From: an uncultured bacterium
GTDB taxonomy: Bacteria > UBP4 > UBA4092
NCBI GenBank assembly: GCA_964644695.1
Contig: CAZXWN010000007.1
Location: 26,610 to 90,609, forward strand
DNA length: 64,000 nucleotides
Reading direction: 5' to 3'
Made by a program: the position numbers and the translations under genes. How positions within the stretch are numbered: position 1 is the stretch's first letter; each line of letters begins with the position of its first letter. Shown piece by piece: positions 11,020 to 19,434 of this stretch. Below the pieces are notes generated by a model, which saw nothing but the letters and a program-made list of their open reading frames with translations, was not told where the DNA came from and ran no database searches.

Positions 11020-12535
11020 GGGAAGACCCTGAAGTGGGAGGGTCTGAAGACTCCGGGGAATCCTCATCGTCGTCATCTTCTAAATCAATCTTGTCATCAT
11101 CGCCATCTTTCCCACGACCCAATAAACGGGTGGCAATGGCAGACCGCATATCTCCCAGAGGACGGAACCAGAAATTGAAGGCATGGTCCATTTCAGACCA
11201 GGAAGGAACCACTCCTTTTACTTCCTTAAGAACTTTGATCATCCGCCGGATACCCGTAGTCTCTGGTTCGCGCATTTGCATCAAGGACCGGGAAGAGAAG
11301 AACCGGAGGGCAGCGGAAACAAAGAAAATGATTTTGATGGTATTGATGTCTCCCATCCAGGGGAGAGCCAGATTTCCTGCCGGGTCCGAAAAATACTTAA
11401 TAAATAATCCACCCAGTATGGGGGCAATGGCGGCGGCCAAATTACTCATGGTGATATAAACAGCCAGGTATGGGGCATTATTCCCTTTCGGGGCCAGCTT
11501 GATTGAAAGATTCCCAGAGGTCAGACCAATAGCACTGTCAAAAGCACTCAGGAAGTTGGGAAGAATCAATAACCAGAAGAAATTCTGCGGCGTGGCAAAC
11601 AGCCAGATGAACGGATATAACGCTTTCACGTAACAGGCAATCACCAGAATGGGTTTATTCCCAAACTGGTCAATGATACGGCCCCAGAACCGAACACAAT
11701 AAATGGAAGTCAGTGAAGCAATCAAGCTGATGAGTCCGATATAATTCCAGTCAGCATGCAGATACTTCAGTAAATACACATTGAAGAACGGGACCGCCAG
11801 AAATACAGAGAAAGTCCACAAGGTCCGGTCAATCATGTATAACCGATAGTTACGATCCTTCAGAGGCAGCAGCAATTCTTTCAGGGGAGGATTTTTCTTC
11901 AGAGGGGCGGACATCCCCGGGTCTGTGATTTTCCGAAGGACCCACCAGGAGTGCATCCCAAAACACAGGCCGATAAAAAACAATCCAGCAAATCCGTAGG
12001 GATAATATTCTTTCGGAACATGGATCTTGTAAAAATCCAATGCCAGGGTGGCGGCATAAAAAGCAATAATGGAGGCCAGACCACACCACAAGTTACGGCG
12101 GGCAAAAAAGGTCCCCATAATATCCCTGGGAATCAAATCACTCATCCAGCTCCACCAGGTGATAGCGCCGATGCTGGAAAGAGCACTGGACAACGTCACC
12201 GTCACCATGATGATGGTGAGTTTTAACTCTGAACTCAGGTCATACATCAATATCGGCAGCAGGACAATAATAATCCATAAGAAACGACCCAGACCTATGG
12301 TATTCGTGGTTACTCGTTTACGGTCTTCGGGTTTCTTCACTAAAAAATGTGAAGACAACTGAAGGAGTGTGGCAAACAGGGGGAGACTGGTGATCAGGGC
12401 GATTTGGAACGCACTCGCACCCAGGTATAGGGCATATCCGGTTAAAAAGGCACCACCGGCCAGGGAACCCATCATACAGGCGGTACTGCCTTCAAGGATT
12501 GAATTTCTTAAATCTTGTTCCCGTGGTTGTGACAT
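11012..12535 (-). CDS. MFS transporter with acidic C-terminal tail
   Basis: About 12 predicted TM helices in two halves. Acidic/Ser-rich tail (DDDKIDLEDDDDEDSPESSDPP). Confidence 0.65.
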   Translation of the reverse strand: MSQPREQDLRNSILEGSTACMMGSLAGGAFLTGYALYLGASAFQIALITSLPLFATLLQLSSHFLVKKPEDRKRVTTNTIGLGRFLWIIIVLLPILMYDLSSELKLTIIMVTVTLSSALSSIGAITWWSWMSDLIPRDIMGTFFARRNLWCGLASIIAFYAATLALDFYKIHVPKEYYPYGFAGLFFIGLCFGMHSWWVLRKITDPGMSAPLKKNPPLKELLLPLKDRNYRLYMIDRTLWTFSVFLAVPFFNVYLLKYLHADWNYIGLISLIASLTSIYCVRFWGRIIDQFGNKPILVIACYVKALYPFIWLFATPQNFFWLLILPNFLSAFDSAIGLTSGNLSIKLAPKGNNAPYLAVYITMSNLAAAIAPILGGLFIKYFSDPAGNLALPWMGDINTIKIIFFVSAALRFFSSRSLMQMREPETTGIRRMIKVLKEVKGVVPSWSEMDHAFNFWFRPLGDMRSAIATRLLGRGKDGDDDKIDLEDDDDEDSPESSDPPTSGSSPK

Positions 12536-12794
12536 AAAATTTTGGATATCCAGTCTGAATATTTTAACCTGTTATCAAGAGAGCGTCAAAATATCTCCAC
12601 AATATTCAAAATATTTTTATATTTTCAGATTCAATTATCAATAAACATTCCGGTCTTTCGCCGGCAGTGAAATCATCTTTCCACAACTCCATCCCGGGAA
12701 GTGTCCACCGAGTTGCACCATCAACAACACCCCCATATTTCCTTTATTAGTTTTGGAGGGGCTATTGTCATTCCCACGGAAGCAGGGGTCCACA

Positions 12795-14229
12795 TTCTAA
12801 TCCCCCAGGTGACGGGGTGAGTCCTGCAGGTTTGTTTTACGACTTTAATGGGAACTACAATAGCTTTGTTGCAACCCCCAGGTGATGGGGTGAGTCCTGC
12901 AGGCCAATCCACTGCCTCAATTTCTCATGATTCAATCCGTAAAAGTTGCAACCCCCAGGTGATGGGGTGAGTCCTGCAGGTTTTGTGGTAGGTACAATTG
13001 GTGGCTGGGCAAAATACGTTGCAACCCCCAGGTGATGGGGTGAGTCCTGCAGGTTAATTAAGATAAGGATGGTATGTTATGGCCAATAAAGATGTTGCAA
13101 CCCCCAGGTGATGGGGTGAGTCCTGCAGTAATTGGAGTAATTCTTTTAATTGTCGGACTTATATTTGTTGCAACCCCCAGGTGATGGGGTGAGTCCTGCA
13201 GTTATCATGAACTTTACTCTTTTTGGTTTACAGGTAAAAGTTGCAACCCCCAGGTGATGGGGTGAGTCCTGCAGGATGAAGAAGGTCTGGTAAGGTTTAA
13301 AGTTTCTCCTAAGTTGCAACCCCCAGGTGATGGGGTGAGTCCTGCAGCTAATATGCGAAATGTATCCTCATGGAACTTCGTTTTGTTGCAACCCCCAGGT
13401 GATGGGGTGAGTCCTGCAGGAGTTATAAATGCTGGAAGGAAGAATGCCCAAAAGGTTGCAACCCCCAAGTGGTGGGGTGTGTCCTGCAGATGTCAAAACT
13501 GCCATGAAATGTATCAAGTTCGACAAGTTGCAACCCCCAAGTGGTGGGGTGAGTCCTGCAGGATTTAGAAAAAGATCTCCCTATACTTAAAGGCAGGGAG
13601 TTGCAACCCCCAGGTGATGGGGTGAGTCCTGCAGGAATATATTGCCTATGTTCTACCCCAAAGGTAGATGCGCGTTGCAACCCCCAGGTGATGGGGTGAG
13701 TCCTGCAGGGAACCTCTCGAAAAATGGTGGAAAGAAGAACCTTCTTGTTGCAACCCCCAGGTGATGGGGTGAGTCCTGCAGGTCAAATGATTTTGGTTAG
13801 TTGTGATGTATCTAATGCTTAGTTGCAACCCCCAGGTGATGGGGTGAGTCCTGCAGGGTAGCAATAATGATGCAGCGAAATTTACTGCTCAAGCCAAGTT
13901 GCAACCCCCAGGTGATGGGGTGAGTCCTGCAGGTTGTTGCTCATAGTGGTGATGGGCAACAACTTTGTGTGTTGCAACCCCCAGGTGATGGGGTGAGTCC
14001 TGCAGGAAGGATGGTTGGTTGAAAATCTACTGTCTATGCTCTAATCGTTGCAACCCCCAGGTGATGGGGTGTGTCCTGCAGGAATGCACGGAAGACGAAG
14101 ATGTAAAAAGTTTAGAAGAGTTGCAACCCCCAGGTGACGGGGTGAGTCCTGCAGGTCAGGAAAAGTTATGATAGAAGTATACAAAGCGGAAACGTTACAA
14201 CCCCCAGGTGATGGGGTGTGTCCTGCAAC
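12795..14229. CRISPR. CRISPR array 1: about 20 repeats of 36 nt, 19 spacers of 36 to 41 nt
   Basis: Repeat GTTGCAACCCCCAGGTGATGGGGTGAGTCCTGCAGG starts at 12868, 12945, 13018, 13094, 13167, 13240, 13313, 13385, 13454, 13526, 13599, 13674, 13747, 13822, 13898, 13971, 14047, 14120 and 14194. The first copy (12795) has its first 7 nt replaced (ttctaat). The last copy (14194) carries 3 to 4 substitutions. Repeats at 13454 and 13526 share the variant CCAAGTGGTG. Spacers are unique. Confidence 0.95.
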
Positions 14230-14290
14230 TATCAATTGTCAAAGACTTCGTCATCCCTTCACTGGAATGACTGGGATAAACCCTTCCATC
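14203..14290. repeat. about 88-bp direct duplication, copy 1 (array-1 terminal repeat plus flank)
   Basis: CCCAGGTGATGGGGTG(t/a)GTCCTGCAACTATCAATTGTCAAAGACTTCGTCATCCCTTCACTGGAATGACTGGG.TAAACCCTTCCATCCC recurs at 14888 to 14976. Confidence 0.85.
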
Positions 14291-14770
14291 CCCAATAACA
14301 TGATCCAAACGCTTTTGACCATAGTGCCAGAGAGTATCTTGTTTGTCAACCTCTAAAAAACAATCAAGCCAGATAATAACAAGGATCCTCAGGGACTCTG
14401 GCTTTTCCCCAGGAATCCACCTGAATCTGACTCGTATTTCAATAATTGACCCGTTCGGTTGATACCTGTCAAGGTCTTCCACAACCCCCTATGAACTCCA
14501 GGTAACTCCTGCGGGAAAGCGTATCATCCACGGAGTTACTCAGAGCAGCTCCGTGCTTCATCCACCAGGTGCCGAGATATGTCTGGATTGGAGGAACATT
14601 GGAAGATCCTTGGACAAAGGACTTCTGGATTCCTGCCTTCGCAGGAATGACAGTTTGAAGTTACGTTTTGACAGATAAGGATAATGAGAAGAAGGGTATT
14701 ACAGTTTTAATTTAATCTTTCCCATAACGAGTATTCATCCCTGTTCTATCTTGTGAAAACCGAACCACCC

Positions 14771-14816
14771 CCCGGCTTCGCCGGACCCCTCCTTGGAAAG
14801 GCGGGGAGCTTTTTTA
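14771..14816 (+). terminator. GC-rich tandem hairpins plus T-run (terminator-like), copy 1
   Basis: CCGGC-ttc-GCCGG then CCCCTCC-ttggaaa-GGCGGGG followed by AGCTTTTTT. An identical element lies at 26196 to 26241. Confidence 0.45.
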
Positions 14817-14887
14817 AACCACAGACACATCAAATCCATGACAACAACGACTGTCATTCCCGCGAAAGCGGGAATCCACATTTCATC

Positions 14888-14976
14888 TCCCAGGTGATGG
14901 GGTGAGTCCTGCAACTATCAATTGTCAAAGACTTCGTCATCCCTTCACTGGAATGACTGGGGTAAACCCTTCCATC
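14888..14976. repeat. about 88-bp direct duplication, copy 2 (solo repeat fragment plus flank)
   Basis: Near-identical to 14203 to 14290, about 685 bp downstream. Contains an orphan partial CRISPR repeat. Confidence 0.85.
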
Positions 14977-15045
14977 CCACTTCCAACCTCTGAAGTGCAT
15001 CAAACATGTCTTTCAAATGGACAGGAACCCTTCCCCATCCACAAC

Positions 15046-16104
15046 CTATTCTTCCATCTCTTCAGGCATGGAAAAATAACCATAACCTGCGGCCGTCTTC
15101 CCACCGGCACCATATTCAGTCACTGCCTTTTCAAAGATTTCTTTAATATTGGTCTCCAAATCGGGAGTGGGGGTACCCAACAGCTTTTCGGCTTCTGGAT
15201 AAAGAGGTTTCAACTGGAACCAGAATTCAAAGACCGTCTCGGGCCGAACCGCCAGAAAGAGAAGTGGATTGGGATCTTGATCATCCGAAGGTGGAGTGGT
15301 GCTGCCCTCCTTATAATATTCTCCATAGTGAGGGGTCATGACATCTATCTGAAGGATATTTTCCTGTCCTGGTACTGGGAGTGCATCAAGACAAACCAAA
15401 AGCCCCCCGGTCTGTTTATTCTCATCAAGCAGAAACTCAATGGTGGATAGGATATCCTTCCAGGGAGAGTCGTCAAACCCTTCCATTTTTTTCCATGGAC
15501 CTATCTTTGCCTTTAATGTTTCAAGTATGGAAATTGGACATTGAGGACCATATTCTTTTTTGTTGTCATCATCAACAGGTCTTCTTACCGTAATGGAACC
15601 AAATAAGACATGGATTTTTTTAAGTGTATTTAGAAAATCATACAAATAATCGGGAACATCTTTATTGCAATCACCCGGCAATTTATGTTCTTTTACTTTT
15701 TCAAGAAAGACATCCACACATTCCATTTCTGCCGTATGATGAAGAAGACCTTTCAGACTGCTGCCCGGGAGATAGGGGAATCCCAGGAAATGATGCAGTT
15801 GTATTCCCGTTTCCAACGCTGGATTGGTACCCCAACCATTCACCATCCGCCAGACCAGAGTGGCTTCATATCTAAATTGCCCTTCCAGAGACTTGATCGA
15901 ACTGGTATATGCCGTATGCCAGGATGCGTACTTTGAATTCATTATCGTATTAACACGACTGGCAATGTCTTCCAGAAAAACTCTTCGCGCTTCTTTGGTT
16001 TCAAAATTATTTGCATTGTCATACTGATGGAATTTATGGTATACCAAGGTGGGGGAAATACCCGCATGGGTTACTGGTGTTCCATTAGCAATCGTAGTAA
16101 TCAT
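15046..16104 (-). CDS. cmr6: type III-B Cmr6 (Cas7-family RAMP)
   Basis: FLGFPYLPGSSLKGLLHH RAMP motif and C-terminal glycine-rich loop GAGGKTAAGYGYF. Last gene of the cmr operon. Start placed at the internal Met (MITTIANG) to avoid the overlap with cmr5. Confidence 0.7.
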   Translation of the reverse strand: MITTIANGTPVTHAGISPTLVYHKFHQYDNANNFETKEARRVFLEDIASRVNTIMNSKYASWHTAYTSSIKSLEGQFRYEATLVWRMVNGWGTNPALETGIQLHHFLGFPYLPGSSLKGLLHHTAEMECVDVFLEKVKEHKLPGDCNKDVPDYLYDFLNTLKKIHVLFGSITVRRPVDDDNKKEYGPQCPISILETLKAKIGPWKKMEGFDDSPWKDILSTIEFLLDENKQTGGLLVCLDALPVPGQENILQIDVMTPHYGEYYKEGSTTPPSDDQDPNPLLFLAVRPETVFEFWFQLKPLYPEAEKLLGTPTPDLETNIKEIFEKAVTEYGAGGKTAAGYGYFSMPEEMEE

Positions 16105-16106
16105 CT

Positions 16107-16487
16107 TTATTCCCCTTTTGCCTCTACAGCCCGTTTCAACCAACCGGCATATTCAATAGCTTCCTCGGTCAAATCCCGTAACTGCGTCCCATTGAGAGGT
16201 CGCTGATTTTGATTGTTTTGATTCCCGATCCACCGTTTAAAAGAATCTTCAGGAGTTCCTTCACACAACTCTCTCATCTGACTATCCAGATAATTATTTA
16301 ACTCTTGAGCAATCTCTGAATACTTACCATCTTTTTTACCTTTTGCCATAAGGAAAGCCCATGTTGCCAACAACCCGTTGGTCCGGAGCAGCATGGGTAA
16401 TTTCTTAGCAATATCTCCATCAATATTCTCGGCAGCAGCATAGGCATATTGTGCCCGGGTCTGTTCACGATTCGGCATCTTTATCAC
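16107..16487 (-). CDS. cmr5: type III-B Cmr5 (Cas11 small subunit)
   Basis: 126 aa alpha-helical protein between cmr4 and cmr6, with the LPMLLRTNGLLATWAFL segment typical of Cmr5. Confidence 0.7.
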   Translation of the reverse strand: MIKMPNREQTRAQYAYAAAENIDGDIAKKLPMLLRTNGLLATWAFLMAKGKKDGKYSEIAQELNNYLDSQMRELCEGTPEDSFKRWIGNQNNQNQRPLNGTQLRDLTEEAIEYAGWLKRAVEAKGE

Positions 16488-16494
16488 TCCTTTT

Positions 16495-17334
16495 CTATAA
16501 CCAAGTCAGGGAAGTCAGACCAAAACCAATAGATTCATGGCCCCCGAAGAACAGGGATTTAGCCGATGGCAGGGCCTCGGTTAATTTCCTCATCACCTTA
16601 TCCCCACTCAAAGTATTACCCTGAGTACGGCTTTGGGTGGCACCGACAAATCCATAGAACACCGATTCGGCAGGAACAGCTTCAACAGAGAACAGCGCGG
16701 TTCCCTCCACAGTTTTCGCAGAGTTTAGTTTATTATGTTGAGTGACAATAGTGGCCTGATTCACCATCTGGAAGAAAGTCCGGTCACTGACATACACCAC
16801 AGAAGGATTTTCTTTTCCAGGGATAGTTATCGGGAATGTAAAATCACCCCCTCGGGAGAATTTATATTCTTCCAGGTAAAGAGATGTATCCCCCTGAGTC
16901 AATCCATAATAGTGGGTGTCATCGGGACTGGGAGGTACTTCCCAGGCAGGATCCTCCGTCCCAAAATATCCCACTTCTTCTTTATAGCGTTTCAGGACAA
17001 AGGGACAAGTGATCCAACAGAACACATTATGAGATGACCGGACGGGGAATAACAGAAGATGGGCATCCACCACAGACACACAACCCGCAGTCATTTCTTC
17101 CAATTCTTTACCGAAAAGAATCTTTGCTTCATCTGGGTTGATCCCCTCATATTTATCACGGAAAACACCCCGGATACCAGAACCCGGCATATAAGGATAA
17201 CCGGTAGTTCGTTCTCGGATCACAGGCAAATCTACCACTCCCACATCCTGGCCACAACCAATATGCAGGGGAGTCACACAGCGGTATAACATGGTTTTGA
17301 ATTGATACTCTGACATCTTATTTATATCCTCCAT
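16495..17334 (-). CDS. cmr4: type III-B Cmr4 (Cas7 backbone subunit)
   Basis: TPLHIGCGQDVGVVDLPVIRERTTGYPYMPGSGIRGVFR and DAHLLLFPVRS match the Cmr4 N-terminal signature, including the catalytic Asp region. 279 aa. Confidence 0.85.
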   Translation of the reverse strand: MEDINKMSEYQFKTMLYRCVTPLHIGCGQDVGVVDLPVIRERTTGYPYMPGSGIRGVFRDKYEGINPDEAKILFGKELEEMTAGCVSVVDAHLLLFPVRSSHNVFCWITCPFVLKRYKEEVGYFGTEDPAWEVPPSPDDTHYYGLTQGDTSLYLEEYKFSRGGDFTFPITIPGKENPSVVYVSDRTFFQMVNQATIVTQHNKLNSAKTVEGTALFSVEAVPAESVFYGFVGATQSRTQGNTLSGDKVMRKLTEALPSAKSLFFGGHESIGFGLTSLTWL

Positions 17335-17340
17335 TTATTC

Positions 17341-18477
17341 TTACTTCATGAATTCATCAACAGCATGACAACCAGGGAAGAGGAGTGTCCCAGTATGACC
17401 TTCAGCGCCAATATCTAAAGGAACACTACCAAAGAATCTAGCCCTTAAAAATAATGCAACACCAATATATTGGTTGGGAGCCAACTCCATTACTTTCAAA
17501 AATAATGGACTGGCTCGACGAGTGACAGCAGCTGTATATTTAATATCCCAACCGTTATTTTGGGATTTTGGATGATAGGGCATCCCATAGGCTATTCGCT
17601 CAGGAATATGCGTAATTGGACCACTAGGATTTGCTGCATCAGCAGCCTCCCATCCATGGTCTTGGAAACCTATTGGCGAAGAAGCGGGAGGATTGAACCG
17701 ATCATACAATCGGACATCCTTGAATCGCTGGTAGAAGTCCTTCCATATCGTATCGTAAGAAGTAGCTACAGGGAACAACTTGCAGGCTGTGTCTGGATTC
17801 CAGAAAGCTGAAAAGGAAGGTTTAGCTTTAGCAACGGATTTCCTCTCAATAAAAGGTGTCCAACCATTTTTTTCAAACCAGTCATTGTAGTTCCCCTGAT
17901 ATTGGGGAATAAAATCCCCAATTACCTTTACAGAACCAAAACCTCGGCGGCTCCTCGCTCCAACACCTCCAAAGAAATGCAGGAGTGTAAGGGCAAGTTT
18001 TAGTCCTTCAATCTGTTCAGGAGTTCCTATTGCCTTAAACCCAAAGGTGGTTCCCGCAGGAATGACATCCCGATACATATTTCTATTATGCGAGGTAGCA
18101 GTTCTATTGCTATACCCCATGGGCCCATATCCAAGATACGCAGCTGCTGAACCTGCTCCTGCCACTAAAGGTTCTGCTTTAAAGTCTGGTATCTCAGTCG
18201 GTATGATCCTAACCCCCTGATAACGTTTCGCATCTCCAAATACTTTCGATTCTTCTTCCTTCAACCTTTCCAGAGAAAGCCCTCCATGAATAGACCGGTA
18301 CCAAAACCGAAGGACTCCCTTTAGAGAGGGAATACGGAGACCATCTCCATCCGGACCAATGATGCGATGTTGTGTAGGTTTACCCTGATTATCAAAAACG
18401 CCCGGAACTTTTTTATTCATAGCGCCGGCAATAAATGCGGGTGTAACCAGTTTTATCTTGAATTCCAATACAGGCAT
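17341..18477 (-). CDS. cmr1: type III-B Cmr1-like RAMP (Cas7 family)
   Basis: LRIPSLKGVLRFWYRS motif (RAMP G/S-S-hKG plus RFW.R) and a glycine-rich segment. 378 aa. Assignment to Cmr1 rather than another Cas7 paralogue comes from the motif and from elimination of the other subunits. Confidence 0.5.
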   Translation of the reverse strand: MPVLEFKIKLVTPAFIAGAMNKKVPGVFDNQGKPTQHRIIGPDGDGLRIPSLKGVLRFWYRSIHGGLSLERLKEEESKVFGDAKRYQGVRIIPTEIPDFKAEPLVAGAGSAAAYLGYGPMGYSNRTATSHNRNMYRDVIPAGTTFGFKAIGTPEQIEGLKLALTLLHFFGGVGARSRRGFGSVKVIGDFIPQYQGNYNDWFEKNGWTPFIERKSVAKAKPSFSAFWNPDTACKLFPVATSYDTIWKDFYQRFKDVRLYDRFNPPASSPIGFQDHGWEAADAANPSGPITHIPERIAYGMPYHPKSQNNGWDIKYTAAVTRRASPLFLKVMELAPNQYIGVALFLRARFFGSVPLDIGAEGHTGTLLFPGCHAVDEFMK

Positions 18478-18495
18478 ATATGGTTCTCCTTTACC

Positions 18496-19434
18496 TCATA
18501 AAGGTTCTGTAACAGGGTTTTCTTCCCAAACATTGTTCAATATAATTCCAATTCCCATATTGATACTGACTAAAAGAAGTAATGTAGAAAAATCAGGTTC
18601 GATCGCTGTAAGCAGGGGATATCCCAGGAGAACAATCAGCGTAGAATGAGAAAAACCCGTAACTACCACCATCCCCGCGCGCTTCATCAGGCTCGTCTGC
18701 GGGACCCCATGCTCCAGACGATGCGCTATTTCCAACATAAGATAACCGGTAGAAATCAGAACCACCACAGCCGAATAAAAGAGAAGTAAACAGGGGGGAG
18801 GTTTTAATACTTGCTCCACAACGCTATCTGCGGTCAATAGAAAGAGAAAACCGACCAGTGCGGTAGCAGCTAATCGAGGGATCAAAGACTGGATAGCATT
18901 CAACCATGGAACACCACAACAATGCATCATAAGGAGAATCATAAAATATCCAGCAACAGGCAGAAGCCATGCAACCCCGGAAGAGAACATCCACAGCCCT
19001 AATAATGGAAATAAAAGCATGATCATGGGAACCAGCCATGCACCATCCGAGCAAAACCCATACACCTGCCGCGCATAATCCAAACGATACCGCCGTAAAA
19101 ACCAATAGAAGAAATGGTCCTGATAGTAAGCCCACGTTATAATACTCTGCTTATCATTTAATTCATCTTTTACGAAGATTAACTTTCCATTATTTATACT
19201 ATTAGTAATATTTAGAAGGTGCTCGTCCCTGCTAATGTTGCTATATTTTTCCCAAAAAGCTTTAGAGGAACCACACATTCTTGATGGCTCATTTGACATC
19301 ACCCACTTGATCCAATGTAATAATGAGTCAACTTTCTTGCATGACTCAACATCCTTCAAAACAGTAACGCAATCATCGTACTGTTGAAGAGATTCATTAA
19401 TTTGTTTGGAGGTATCAATATCGTCTAATTTCAT
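18496..19434 (-). CDS. CRISPR-associated integral membrane protein: about 130-aa soluble N-terminal domain plus 6 predicted TM helices. Candidate effector.
   Basis: Hydrophobic segments at roughly aa 135 to 155, 158 to 180, 190 to 212, 222 to 245, 262 to 285 and 290 to 308. Its start overlaps the stop of the upstream CARF gene (ATGA at 19431 to 19434). Embedded between cmr1 and the CARF gene. Confidence 0.6.
   Translation of the reverse strand: MKLDDIDTSKQINESLQQYDDCVTVLKDVESCKKVDSLLHWIKWVMSNEPSRMCGSSKAFWEKYSNISRDEHLLNITNSINNGKLIFVKDELNDKQSIITWAYYQDHFFYWFLRRYRLDYARQVYGFCSDGAWLVPMIMLLFPLLGLWMFSSGVAWLLPVAGYFMILLMMHCCGVPWLNAIQSLIPRLAATALVGFLFLLTADSVVEQVLKPPPCLLLFYSAVVVLISTGYLMLEIAHRLEHGVPQTSLMKRAGMVVVTGFSHSTLIVLLGYPLLTAIEPDFSTLLLLVSINMGIGIILNNVWEENPVTEPL

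Noticed and set aside
11183-12362. Plus-strand ORFs (74 to 159 aa) across the MFS transporter gene
   Set aside because: Antisense to a 507-aa transporter with clear TM periodicity.
12721-14482. Numerous 60 to 95-aa ORFs on both strands across array 1 (e.g. 13214..13468, 13423..13680, 14195..14482) whose translations repeat CRTHPITWGLQ / QPPGDGVSPAG
   Set aside because: They are translations of the 36-nt CRISPR repeat in different frames. They are periodic artefacts, not genes.
14902-15450. 182-aa plus-strand ORF between array 1 and cmr6, considered as a possible small cas gene
   Set aside because: It starts inside the duplicated repeat fragment, runs antisense through the cmr6 3' end, and has low-complexity composition.
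18824-19135. 103-aa minus-strand ORF inside the membrane-protein gene
   Set aside because: Alternative frame of the same strand. The 312-aa frame has coherent TM-helix periodicity and operon coupling.
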